A stretch of DNA of 47,270 bases from Nanobdellota archaeon (GTDB lineage Archaea; Nanobdellota; Nanobdellia; Pacearchaeales; GW2011-AR1), in NCBI GenBank assembly GCA_038045965.1, contig JBBSXD010000001.1, positions 103,474 through 150,743 on the forward strand. The letters run 5' to 3'. Positions 17,209 to 26,482 of the stretch are shown here, one piece after another. Position 1 is the stretch's first letter, and the number at the start of each line of letters is the position of its first letter. Made by a program: the position numbers and the translations under genes. The notes under the pieces were generated by a model that was given only the letters and a program-made list of their open reading frames with translations, searched no databases and was not told the origin of the DNA.

Positions 17209-17928
17209 CTAAATCTCAAAATCTTTTTCAGAAATTTTTTCAATACCATCAATTTTTATTTTTCTAATAATCTTTCCTTTTCTTTTGGCTTTCTCTTTTA
17301 TCAAAGCATAATCATTTCCGGTCTCTCCTTTTAATTTATCATCAATTATAATCTCTTTAATTAAAAAAGTATGATTTATTTCTATTTTCTTAAAATCTTT
17401 AATATCAAATATTAAATTGTTAATTAATTCTTTATCATCTGTTTTTAATTTACAGAAATCTACTTTTTGCTCACTTTCTCCTTTGGTACTAGGTTTTGAA
17501 GATTTAGGAGCTTTTTGTTTAATATTTAATTCAGTATTATTAACGCTAAAATTTAATCCAAAAAAAGCATTTGGAAATTTATCACACAAATTTATTATAT
17601 CTAAACCAGTCATATTCTTATTTATAATATATTGTTTAATTCCCATAAATTGTTTCTTATCTTGAAAATCTAATTCTCCAGTTAAATCTCTAGTTGAAAC
17701 AATTATTCCATTAACATTAGTAGAATTCTTATTTAATTTTTCTGCTAAAAATCTTACAAATTCATTTGCATATTCTGAAGTTGTATTTATTTTATAAATT
17801 CTTTTAGGCAGAGATTTACAAGAAATCATGGCTTTGTTTTTAAATTCGCCTCTACTAAATTTAGAAAATTGTATATGTACTAAATTATCATTTTCATTAT
17901 CAAATATCTTATTAATAAAAAATTTCAT
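17209..17928 (-). CDS. Hypothetical protein upstream of the uL3 operon
   Basis: 239-aa ORF on the same strand as the operon, 145 bp upstream of uL3. Non-repetitive sequence. I can name no family with confidence. Confidence 0.5.
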   Translation of the reverse strand: MKFFINKIFDNENDNLVHIQFSKFSRGEFKNKAMISCKSLPKRIYKINTTSEYANEFVRFLAEKLNKNSTNVNGIIVSTRDLTGELDFQDKKQFMGIKQYIINKNMTGLDIINLCDKFPNAFFGLNFSVNNTELNIKQKAPKSSKPSTKGESEQKVDFCKLKTDDKELINNLIFDIKDFKKIEINHTFLIKEIIIDDKLKGETGNDYALIKEKAKRKGKIIRKIKIDGIEKISEKDFEI

Positions 17929-18032
17929 ATTATATTTTCTTTATCTTAATTTATAAACATTTTTATTTACCAATTAACTATTAATAATGTTTTTATATAC
18001 TATTATTCTATTTAATGTTAAATAGGTGAGAG

Positions 18033-19496
18033 ATGAAACTTTTTATAAAAAGATTAAGATTTTCGGCAGAACGTCCAATTTGTATGATTCATGCAGATAC
18101 TGCAAAAGAATTAAGCTTACACGTTGGTAATAGAGTTTTAATAGACAAAGGAAAAAAAGATTTAATATGTAGCATAGATACTATAGACGGAATAGTTAAT
18201 AAAAAAGAAATAGCGGTTTCAGAAGATGTAATAGAAAAATTAAATTTAAAATCCAGAGATTTAGTAAATGTTGATATAATAAAAAAACCTTTAAGCATAG
18301 ATTTAATAAAGAAGAAACTTGAAGGACATAGATTAACTAAAAAAGAAATTTATGAAATAATAAGAGATATAGCGAATAATTCTTTAACAGAGGTCGAGAT
18401 AGCTTTTTTTGTTTCTGCAGTTTATATTGATGGGATGACTACAAATGAACTTAAAAACTTAACCGAAGCTATGGTAGAAATTGGAAATAAACTAAAGTTA
18501 AAGGGAAAAATTTTTGATAAACATTGTATAGGTGGCGTCGCCGGAAATAGAACTACTCCAATAGTGGTATCTATTTGTGCTGCTGCAGGACTTATAATTC
18601 CTAAAACTTCTTCGAGAGCAATTACGAGTGCAGCAGGAACCGCTGATGTAATAGAGACTATAGCAAAAGTGGAGTTTAGTATATCTGAAATAAAAGAAAT
18701 AGTAAAGAAAACTAATGCATGTTTAGTTTGGGGCGGTGCTTTGGGTTTGGCTCCAACAGACGATCAAATAATAAAAATTGAAAGGATTGTTAATATAGAT
18801 TCTAAATCACAACTTCTTGCAAGTATCTTATCTAAAAAAATATCTGTTGGAAGTAAAAATATTCTTATAGATATCCCATTCGGAAAATCTGCAAAAGTTT
18901 CAAAGAAAGAAGCTAAAATATTAAAAAGAGAATTTCTAAAGATTTCAAATAAATTTGATCTAAATTTAAAAGTTTTAATGACTGACGGTTCAGAACCTAT
19001 AGGAAACGGAATAGGCCCTAAATTAGAAATGCAGGATGTAATTAATGTTTTGTCGAGAACAAATTCTCCTAAAGATTTAGAAGAGAAATCTATAAAACTT
19101 TCTGCAGAATTATTAAAATTAGCTGGAAAAAATCCAAAAATAGCAAAAGAAATTTTATATTCCGGAAAAGCATATAAAAAATTTTTAGAGATAATAAAAT
19201 CACAAAAGGGAGATATTAATCTATTAAAAAAATTAAAACCCAAATTTATTTATAATATAAAATCTAAATCTAATTCAAGAATAAAACATATAGACAATGA
19301 GCTAATTAATAGATTAGCAAGGCAAGCGGGATGTCCTGAAGATAAAGCTGCAGGAATTTATATATATAAAAAGAAAAACAATTCAATAAAGAAAGAAGAG
19401 AAGATTTTAACTATTTTAACAACTTCAAAAGAGAAAATGGAACACGCAAAGAATTTCTATAAAAAAAATGATAGAAAAATTATAGAATTTCATTAA
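18033..19496 (+). CDS. deoA: AMP phosphorylase (archaeal thymidine-phosphorylase-family DeoA)
   Basis: 487 aa. The N-terminal extra domain ('ERPICMIHADTAKELSLHVGNRVLI') is characteristic of the archaeal AMP phosphorylase. Followed by 'DKHCIGGVAGNRTT', 'SRAITSAAGTADV', 'LVWGGAL' thymidine-phosphorylase motifs. GGTGA Shine-Dalgarno-like element 5 nt upstream. Confidence 0.85.
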   Translation: MKLFIKRLRFSAERPICMIHADTAKELSLHVGNRVLIDKGKKDLICSIDTIDGIVNKKEIAVSEDVIEKLNLKSRDLVNVDIIKKPLSIDLIKKKLEGHRLTKKEIYEIIRDIANNSLTEVEIAFFVSAVYIDGMTTNELKNLTEAMVEIGNKLKLKGKIFDKHCIGGVAGNRTTPIVVSICAAAGLIIPKTSSRAITSAAGTADVIETIAKVEFSISEIKEIVKKTNACLVWGGALGLAPTDDQIIKIERIVNIDSKSQLLASILSKKISVGSKNILIDIPFGKSAKVSKKEAKILKREFLKISNKFDLNLKVLMTDGSEPIGNGIGPKLEMQDVINVLSRTNSPKDLEEKSIKLSAELLKLAGKNPKIAKEILYSGKAYKKFLEIIKSQKGDINLLKKLKPKFIYNIKSKSNSRIKHIDNELINRLARQAGCPEDKAAGIYIYKKKNNSIKKEEKILTILTTSKEKMEHAKNFYKKNDRKIIEFH

Positions 19497-19537
19497 ATTA
19501 AATTTATAAATAATAAATTACAAATTAAAAAAGGAAA

Positions 19538-21244
19538 ATGGAGGATATTTTTATTAATATTAGTTTAATTATATCATTAGTTTTTGTAATATGTTTTTTT
19601 ACTAGATTGATAAAACAACCCTTAATTATAGGGTATATAATCTCTGGGATTATTGCAGGACCTATTTTTTTAAATATAATTCCAGACGAAGGAACAATAT
19701 CTACTTTTGCAGAAATGGGAATTTCATTTCTTTTATTTATAGTTGGACTTCATTTATCTCCAAAGGTCATAAAAGATATAGGAGTATTTTCATTATTTAT
19801 AGGAATAAGTCAGATTTTATTTACAACTGTTATAGGATATTTTATATCTCTGGCTTTAGGTTTCTCTAGGATAACTGCTCTATATTTAGCAATCGCATTA
19901 TCTTTTTCTTCTACTATTATAATTATGAAATTATTATATGATAAAGAAGCACTAGAAAAACTTTATGGAAAAATATCTATTGGAGTTTTATTGATTCAAG
20001 ATTTAGTAGCTATAGCATCACTTTTATTTATTTCTTCTTTATCTAATGGAAATATATATGGTTTAATAACTAACACATTATTAAAAGGAATAATTTTATT
20101 TATAGTTCTTATACCTCTATCGATATATATACTGCCAAAATTTACTTACTTTTTTGCAAAATCCCAAGAATTTTTATTTATATTTGCAATATCCTGGGGA
20201 TTGGGTTTAGCTTCTTTATTTAACTATTTAGGATTCTCTTTGGAAGTCGGTGCTTTAATTGCAGGAATAATTTTATCCATGACTCCTTATAGTTATGAAA
20301 TTTCTTCGAAATTAAGATCATTAAGAGATTTTTTTGTTATATCTTTTTTTATACTTCTAGGATCTCAAATGATTCTTTTTGATATTAACAATTTATTAAT
20401 TCCAATAATAGTATTATCCATATTTATATTAGTGGGAAAACCTTTAATTATATTTTTATTAATGACTATTTTTGGATATACCAAAAATACTAGTTTTATG
20501 TCAGGAACTGCTTTAGCTCAAATTTCAGAATTTTCATTAATACTAATATCTTTAGGTATAAAAGTAGGGCATATTCCTCAAGAGACTTTATCTTTAATAA
20601 CTGCATTAGGAATTATTACAATAGCAGGGTCTAGTTATATGATTCTTCTATCAGAAAAAATTTATTCATATCTAGAAAAACCTTTAAATTTGATTGGAAA
20701 AAGAAATATAAAAGAGAAAAAAATAAAGATTAGAGAGTATAAATATTTTCTTTTGGGAGAAAATAGAATAGGGTATTCTATAATGAAATCTTTTAAAAAA
20801 ACAAAAAGAGATTTTTTAGTTATAGATTACAATCCAGAAACAATAAAAAGATTAGCTCTAGAAAAAATAAATTGTTTATATGGCGATGTTTCAGATATAG
20901 ACTTTTTAGATTCTATAAATTTTACTAAATCAAAGATTATAGTATCAACAATCCCGGATTTAGAAACTAATTTAATAATGTTAAAAGAAATAAGAAAAAT
21001 AAACAAATCTAGTGTAATTATTATTACTTCAAATGATATTTTATATGTTAAAGAACTGTATAATGCAGGAGCAGATTATGTAGTATTAACTCATTTTTTA
21101 GGGGGAAATTATATAGCTAATATCATAGAAAATCTAGGGGAAAATAAAAATAAATATAAAAATTACAAGTTAGCGCAATTAAAAGAATTAAAAGAAAGAA
21201 TTAATAGGGGGCATACTCATCCAAAAATTGAGAAAAACAAATAA
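19538..21244 (+). CDS. CPA2-family cation:proton antiporter fused to an RCK/TrkA-N domain (Kef-type)
   Basis: 568 aa. About 12 TM helices of Na+/H+-exchanger type, then a C-terminal Rossmann-like RCK domain ('YFLLGENRIGYSIMKSF...FLVIDYNPE...LYGDVSD'). Confidence 0.85.
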   Translation: MEDIFINISLIISLVFVICFFTRLIKQPLIIGYIISGIIAGPIFLNIIPDEGTISTFAEMGISFLLFIVGLHLSPKVIKDIGVFSLFIGISQILFTTVIGYFISLALGFSRITALYLAIALSFSSTIIIMKLLYDKEALEKLYGKISIGVLLIQDLVAIASLLFISSLSNGNIYGLITNTLLKGIILFIVLIPLSIYILPKFTYFFAKSQEFLFIFAISWGLGLASLFNYLGFSLEVGALIAGIILSMTPYSYEISSKLRSLRDFFVISFFILLGSQMILFDINNLLIPIIVLSIFILVGKPLIIFLLMTIFGYTKNTSFMSGTALAQISEFSLILISLGIKVGHIPQETLSLITALGIITIAGSSYMILLSEKIYSYLEKPLNLIGKRNIKEKKIKIREYKYFLLGENRIGYSIMKSFKKTKRDFLVIDYNPETIKRLALEKINCLYGDVSDIDFLDSINFTKSKIIVSTIPDLETNLIMLKEIRKINKSSVIIITSNDILYVKELYNAGADYVVLTHFLGGNYIANIIENLGENKNKYKNYKLAQLKELKERINRGHTHPKIEKNK

Positions 21245-21282
21245 ACACAAGTTTTTTTAAATAACCTTAAATTATATAAAAT

Positions 21283-21540
21283 ATGTTAATAGAACAACTT
21301 GCAGAATATGTAGTTAAAAATCTGAAGAAAGGATATACTTTAGACTCTTTAAGATTTTCTTTGATTAGTCAGGGATATTCTAGAATCTCTATTGAAAAAG
21401 CTATAGAAACTGCTAATAAGATTATGGCCAATGAGATTCCCAGAATAAAAGAAAAGCCAGAAATATTATACAAAGTTTTAGATGAACCAAAATCTATTAT
21501 TTCTAAGATTAAAGATTTCTTTACAAATTTATTTAAATAA
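21283..21540 (+). CDS. Small hypothetical protein
   Basis: 85-aa ORF with plausible helical sequence ('LKKGYTLDSLRFSLISQGYSRISIEKAIETA'). No family assigned. Confidence 0.4.
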   Translation: MLIEQLAEYVVKNLKKGYTLDSLRFSLISQGYSRISIEKAIETANKIMANEIPRIKEKPEILYKVLDEPKSIISKIKDFFTNLFK

Positions 21541-21722
21541 TCTTTTTGATTTGAATAAATTTTTAATACAATTTTCCTGAGAAATTTAGCAAGAACTCAC
21601 ATAGATTTAATATAAAAATAATTTTACAAGATTTTAATAAACAGCAAAGAGATTATTTTTAATAATATTATTTCAACAAAGCTACAACTATCTTGCTCTA
21701 TTCTAAATATAAATTAAAATAA

Positions 21723-22010
21723 TTAACCGAATAGAGCACTAAGCCCAGCTGCAGATTCTTCTCTCTTCTCTTGTTTAGGTGCTTCTTCTGCTTTTGTTTC
21801 TTTATCACTTGATACAACAGAAACTGTACTAGCAACAATAGCATTTTTCAATTCTGCATCTATATCTATTCCTTTTAGACTTGCAACAAGACTCTTAATT
21901 TTGCTTTCATCTACTTTAGCTCCACTAGCATTCAGAACTTTATTTATATGTTCTTCATCTATTGGGCTTCCAGACTTGTGCAAAAGCAGAGCTGCATAAA
22001 TTGCTTCCAT
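21723..22010 (-). CDS. rpl12: 50S ribosomal stalk protein P1 (aL12)
   Basis: 95 aa. 'MEAIYAALLLHKSG..I.EE.I.KVL.A.G' N-terminus and the conserved tail 'EESAAGLSALFG'. GGAGG Shine-Dalgarno upstream (22023-22027). Confidence 0.9.
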   Translation of the reverse strand: MEAIYAALLLHKSGSPIDEEHINKVLNASGAKVDESKIKSLVASLKGIDIDAELKNAIVASTVSVVSSDKETKAEEAPKQEKREESAAGLSALFG

Positions 22011-22076
22011 TATGCGCTTTCCTCCGGTTTATTTAATTTAGCATAATTTTTTAATTTATAAAGATAATTCATTATT

Positions 22077-22859
22077 CTATTCATTTTTATTTTCTCCTAT
22101 AATATTTTCATATTTACTTAAAGCATTAGCATGACTATTAGCTTTAGATAATAAATAATTTATTGTATCTTTACATACATACAAAATTTTTTGAGCAAAT
22201 CCTAAAGATTTACTAGCAGCTTCTTTTAATTCTCTAGCATATCCTTCAGGATCAATTTTTAATTCAGTATAAATTTTATTATTATGAATATCATAAGATG
22301 CATTTACATTTAATCCAACATTAAATGGCATTATATTTAATTTTTGAAGTATACTTGCTTCATTCTCTTTAATTTTCTGACCTTTTTTTATTACTACTTT
22401 AGATTTTCTAATAGAAATTTTTCCATTCTCAACTGAAACTTGCAAACCTAACGCTCCTAATTCACTTATTGCTGGACCTGGCACTAAACTAGTAGGCCCA
22501 TCTTTAATTTCTATATCTTCTAAAGCTATTTGCCCAGCTTTTGCAAAGACAGGAGTTTTTTTCTTAGCTAATTTTGCAGCCAGATCGTACGATTCTAAGT
22601 CGGAGATTATTAGAATACAATCCGATACTATATAATCATTTAAACCAATTATATTAGATTTTTCAAGAGATCTAATCATTATATTTTTTTTGGCAACTCT
22701 AACATAAGCATCTTTTCTAATTGATTTTTTTATATCCTGAAATTGTTTTGAAGGTAAATTCTTAATACTAGCTATCATCAAAGTTCTAGATTTTTTAATT
22801 TTCTGAGCCAATTCTTCAACATTTTTTTCTTTTAGATTTATAGTATTTTTTTTATCCAT
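22077..22859 (-). CDS. rpl10: 50S ribosomal protein uL10 (P0), short form
   Basis: 260 aa. uL10 N-domain ('RTLMIASIKNLPSKQFQDIKKSIR') and the archaeal insertion domain. It ends 'ALSKYENIIGENKNE' with no acidic/'GLSALFG' tail. Confidence 0.85.
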   Translation of the reverse strand: MDKKNTINLKEKNVEELAQKIKKSRTLMIASIKNLPSKQFQDIKKSIRKDAYVRVAKKNIMIRSLEKSNIIGLNDYIVSDCILIISDLESYDLAAKLAKKKTPVFAKAGQIALEDIEIKDGPTSLVPGPAISELGALGLQVSVENGKISIRKSKVVIKKGQKIKENEASILQKLNIMPFNVGLNVNASYDIHNNKIYTELKIDPEGYARELKEAASKSLGFAQKILYVCKDTINYLLSKANSHANALSKYENIIGENKNE

Positions 22860-23494
22860 TATCTAATCTCCACAGTAACAGGTTTACTCATAGTAAATTT
22901 AACTTTAACATTTTTAATATTATCAATCCCTTTTGGTAAATTATTTAAGATTTGATTGTAAGCATTAACTAAATTATCAACTATTTTTTCATTTTCTAGA
23001 CTTAATTTTGCAACTCCAATTTTAATGCTCGGTTGCTTAACTATAATTCTAACACTTTTATTTACCTTTTCAATAGTATTCTTAATTATAGTTTCTTCCT
23101 CATTTGCTAGTATTCCTAATTGAGGACTTGGCATTTTACCAGCAGGACCCAATATTCTACCAAAACTAGTAGCTACAGATGGCATTAATTTTGCGTTGGC
23201 TAAAAAGAAATCATAACTTTTAACTAATTTTTTAATATCTTTTTTATTTTTATACATTAAAAAATTATCTTTTTTAACAACATCAATTAATTTATTCTCT
23301 TTATCAAAAAATCCAGCAATTTTTTTATCTTTAATTTTATTTGGAAGATTTATAAAAGTATTAAAAGCTTGTTTTCTAATGTCAAAATTTTTTAGATTTA
23401 CAATTATATCTATAGTTTGATCAAACTTTCTTTCTTTCTTATTTTCTTCTCTTAGCTTATTAACAGCCTTAAGAAAACTGTCTTTCATTTCCAT
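22859..23494 (-). CDS. rpl1: 50S ribosomal protein uL1
   Basis: 211 aa. 'FDQTIDIIVNLK', 'LGPAGKMPSPQLG' uL1 motifs. First gene of uL1-uL10-P1. Confidence 0.9.
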   Translation of the reverse strand: MEMKDSFLKAVNKLREENKKERKFDQTIDIIVNLKNFDIRKQAFNTFINLPNKIKDKKIAGFFDKENKLIDVVKKDNFLMYKNKKDIKKLVKSYDFFLANAKLMPSVATSFGRILGPAGKMPSPQLGILANEEETIIKNTIEKVNKSVRIIVKQPSIKIGVAKLSLENEKIVDNLVNAYNQILNNLPKGIDNIKNVKVKFTMSKPVTVEIR

Positions 23495-23601
23495 TTTATA
23501 GTTCGCAAATTTTTGCTTCTACCTATTCAAATAAAATTCAAGAAGATAGAATTTACTTGATGTAGTTATTATTTTTACAAAATCAACCTTTTTAAACTTT
23601 T

Positions 23602-24063
23602 TCAATTTCCATTATATTTCTCTAATTCTTCTAAATATTCTTTTACTCTCAATATTATTTGAGGTATAACAAATTTTTCTATATTCTTTTCGAAAATATT
23701 CTTTAAAGAATCACTCTCATGTAAACAATAAAAATTAGTTTGTTTATCGACTAACATATAATCTCTTAATCTTTTTAACTGTCTTCTAATATTACTTTCA
23801 GCTAATCCTTTTGTCTCTAAACTGTATTTTTTTCTAATTAATTCTACTTTCTCACCAATCTCAATACTTGTAAACTTATGATTTTTATAATCAGGATCAG
23901 TTAAAACCATTAATATATCAACTATAACATCTCTTGAATCTCCCAATTGAAGCAAACCAAGACTCAAACAAATTTTTCTAATAAGTTCCCTTTTTTCTAA
24001 TCCTTCTGGTTTCTCATACTTTCTAAGTGTAATCTCTGATAATGGAATATCTTTCATTTTCAA
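23602..24063 (-). CDS. Predicted winged-helix transcriptional regulator
   Basis: 153 aa. 'ITLRKYEKP...RELIRKICLSLGLLQLGDSRDVIVDIL' and 'ESNIRRQLKRLRDYMLV' look like an archaeal wHTH regulator family. Assignment by recollection only. Confidence 0.45.
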   Translation of the reverse strand: MKMKDIPLSEITLRKYEKPEGLEKRELIRKICLSLGLLQLGDSRDVIVDILMVLTDPDYKNHKFTSIEIGEKVELIRKKYSLETKGLAESNIRRQLKRLRDYMLVDKQTNFYCLHESDSLKNIFEKNIEKFVIPQIILRVKEYLEELEKYNGN

Positions 24064-24159
24064 TAAAACAAATCATATTATTTAAAATATACTAATTTAT
24101 TTATTAAAGTTCATCTTCCATCATATAAAACCTTATAAATTTATTTAGTTTTTTAATAA

Positions 24160-24507
24160 ATGGAACTTGTAGCATTATTGGGAAAAGGAGAAGGAACTTG
24201 GGGGCAGGTAGCTGGTGTTATAAATAAAGGAGATTGGGAAAAGATAATTTTAATAGGAGATAATTTTGCAAAACAATTTACAACCAAAAAAGATTTTGAA
24301 TTTATAGAAATAAAAGAATCATCAATTACCGATTTAAAGAACGAAATATTAGAAAAACTTAAAAATAAAATTAATGGAACTGAAGCTATATTATCTATTG
24401 CAAGTGGAGAAGGAAAACAGCATATGGCATTAATTTCAGCTTTATTATCTCTTCCCGTCGGCATACGTTTTGTTGCATTAACCAAAGATGGCTTGATCTT
24501 TATGTAA
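24160..24507 (+). CDS. Hypothetical small alpha/beta protein
   Basis: 115-aa ORF with balanced composition ('LLGKGEGTWGQVAGVINKG', 'SIASGEGKQHMALISALL'). Preferred over the antisense F/S/I-rich ORF 24153-24485. Confidence 0.4.
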   Translation: MELVALLGKGEGTWGQVAGVINKGDWEKIILIGDNFAKQFTTKKDFEFIEIKESSITDLKNEILEKLKNKINGTEAILSIASGEGKQHMALISALLSLPVGIRFVALTKDGLIFM

Positions 24508-24796
24508 CTGTTACTTTTATGAAAAATTTTCTCTTTACAAGACCTTTATTTACTTTTCTTCCTAACTCTAAAGCATCTTTCTCAGTTAATTTTGATTTTG
24601 AGACAATGGAACGAAGTCTTGACAATTCAGATATTTTTTCACGTATAAATGTATCTATAATAGAATCCCAATCAGTTGAAAGTTCCAACATTTTTTTCTT
24701 TAAATCTTCTGAAATTTCTATCCTTAATTCTATCATAAATATTATAAAAGATCCAAGTATAAAAATTTTCAAATTAAAATAAATAATATTAATCAA
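24500..24796 (-). CDS. Hypothetical small protein (possible ribbon-helix-helix/antitoxin-like)
   Basis: 98-aa ORF. A likely shorter start is 'MIELRIEISEDLKKKM' at 24736. The 'SKLTEKDALELGRKVNKGL' tail recalls small archaeal antitoxin-like proteins. Weak call. Confidence 0.3.
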   Translation of the reverse strand: MINIIYFNLKIFILGSFIIFMIELRIEISEDLKKKMLELSTDWDSIIDTFIREKISELSRLRSIVSKSKLTEKDALELGRKVNKGLVKRKFFIKVTVT

Positions 24797-24811
24797 CTAA
24801 AAAATAATTCA

Positions 24812-26287
24812 TCAAAACACAGCTAAAAACCAACCAATCATTAATAAAGCTAAACTTCCCAATATTAAATAAGTTACAAATCTAAATACATTCTCAGCAA
24901 ATTTTTTATTTCCAGTTAAACCCCATATTGTTATCATAAAAAATCTACCTCCATCAAATATAGCTACAGGCCACATATTCATTAAAGCCACACTAAGATT
25001 AATTAGAGCTAGCCACCAAATTAAATTATAAATGAATAATATTAAATCTGGATTATATTTTGGCTGGTAATCTGTGTCAGTTTTCTTAAAAAAATTAAAA
25101 AATTCTGTTACTTTTCCAAAAACTCTGCCATTATCCCTGTCTATTAAAGCAATTCCAATAACTGCTCTTTCAGGATTTTTAGAATCTGCAGCTAAATTAA
25201 TATTATAATTTAATATTTCTTCTTGATCTCTGGTTATTATTTTAACATTATCTCCTACTTTAAAATTTTTTAATGTTAAACTTAAATCTACCCCCTCCCT
25301 TATTTCATAACTATTAATTTTTATTATAGCTCCTCTTAACCCAGCTTTTAATGCTGGTAGATCTTCAAATAAAATTACATTTCCCTCATTGTTTTTATTT
25401 TTCAATTGAGTAATAAAATTATCTAATGTAATATAATATTTTTTATTACCTGCTTTAATCTCAGTTAGTTTTATTTGATTATCTTCACTTCCCAAAATAA
25501 GTTCATCTCTTAATCCATTACTTTCAATAACATTTAAAATACTATTTACAGAATTATCACTAATATCTTTTCCTCCAATCATACTAATATCAGAAATTTT
25601 TACAATTCCAGGAGTATAACTATTAAATACAGCTCCTGCTGGAGCATATGCTGCTAAAAAGAAAATAGATAATAATAAAAAAAACAAAATAGATAATAAT
25701 AAATTTGTAAATACTCCTGCCGATAAAACTGCTAGTTGATGGTATTTTGATTTATTTTCCATATCTTTTTCATCTGGCTCAACAAAAGCTGCTAAGAAAG
25801 GACCTAGAAAACCAAATCCAGTAGTTAATATTTTAATATTATATCTTCTTGCAATTATCCCGTGAGCAAATTCATGAAACAGAGCAATAACAGCAATACT
25901 AATTATCCAATAAGTAAAATAAAACGGCGGAAGAAAACTGATATTAAAAGCTTCTGGCAAATAAGGAATTAAAGGCATTAACGGAGGAATTTTTATCGCT
26001 CTTACTATATCAGGATTAAATAAATAGATAGACAAGAGTTTATATAAAAACCAGACCATACTAAACATTAAAAAGTATCCTACTATAACTCCGATAAAAG
26101 CATAAACACTAAGAAACTTTTTGTATTTAGCTCCTATATAATCAATAAATTTAATTCCAACTTTAGTTCTATATAAATACATAATTCCTTCTCTCTTAAG
26201 ATTACTTCTTCTTTTATATAAAAACCAAATTACAAATAAACTAAAAATAATTAGAAAACTAATATCATAAATATAAACACTAGACAT
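24812..26287 (-). CDS. Site-2 protease family (M50) membrane metalloprotease with internal PDZ-like region
   Basis: 491 aa. 'HEFAHGIIARRYN' HExxH motif in a TM helix and C-terminal 'NLSVALMNMWPVAIFDGGRF' (NxxPxxxxDG) motif. A long soluble insert lies between them. Confidence 0.85.
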   Translation of the reverse strand: MSSVYIYDISFLIIFSLFVIWFLYKRRSNLKREGIMYLYRTKVGIKFIDYIGAKYKKFLSVYAFIGVIVGYFLMFSMVWFLYKLLSIYLFNPDIVRAIKIPPLMPLIPYLPEAFNISFLPPFYFTYWIISIAVIALFHEFAHGIIARRYNIKILTTGFGFLGPFLAAFVEPDEKDMENKSKYHQLAVLSAGVFTNLLLSILFFLLLSIFFLAAYAPAGAVFNSYTPGIVKISDISMIGGKDISDNSVNSILNVIESNGLRDELILGSEDNQIKLTEIKAGNKKYYITLDNFITQLKNKNNEGNVILFEDLPALKAGLRGAIIKINSYEIREGVDLSLTLKNFKVGDNVKIITRDQEEILNYNINLAADSKNPERAVIGIALIDRDNGRVFGKVTEFFNFFKKTDTDYQPKYNPDLILFIYNLIWWLALINLSVALMNMWPVAIFDGGRFFMITIWGLTGNKKFAENVFRFVTYLILGSLALLMIGWFLAVF

Positions 26288-26435
26288 TTTCTCTCCTAAC
26301 TTATCAAAAGTTTAAATATCTTTTTAAATCTTGGGATTTTATAAATTAAGTATTAAATTTAGAAGTTTTTGTATTGCAAATTTGTAGTATCTTCAGATTA
26401 CAAATTTAGGTATTATCATATAATTCATGAAACAA

Positions 26436-26482
26436 TCTAGCTGGACAATTGATAACAAATGAAAATAAATTGTCTAGCTGGA
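26436..26482. promoter_or_regulatory. Direct repeat of a GC-rich quasi-palindromic 10-mer in an AT-rich intergenic region
   Basis: TCTAGCTGGA occurs at 26436-26445 and 26473-26482, 37 nt apart, flanked by CAATTG/AATTG. It lies between the eL40 stop and the M50 protease start. Confidence 0.35.

Noticed and set aside
18764-19243. 159-aa minus-strand ORF inside the AMP phosphorylase gene. Also 18089-18298, 26878-27093, 28463-28720, 29107-29508, 31286-31510, 32619-32810, 32928-33164, 33846-34043, 46457-46672.
   Set aside because: These are shadow ORFs opposite genes with clear family signatures (DeoA, aIF5A, FKBP, FtsZ, uL11, PfdB, SepF and others). The composition is again F/S/I/L/P-biased.
24153-24485. 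110-aa minus-strand ORF almost exactly antisense to 24160-24507.
   Set aside because: Only one of the pair can plausibly be coding. The plus-strand product has a balanced, globular-looking composition. The minus-strand product is S/F/I/P-rich with irregular hydrophobic runs. The same logic applies to 24519-24782 versus 24500-24796, though that pair is less clear.
24160-24796. The two small ORFs as a toxin-antitoxin pair.
   Set aside because: They are convergent, with 3' ends overlapping by 8 nt, rather than co-oriented in an operon. Neither has a recognisable toxin fold signature (no PIN, RelE or HEPN-type motifs seen).
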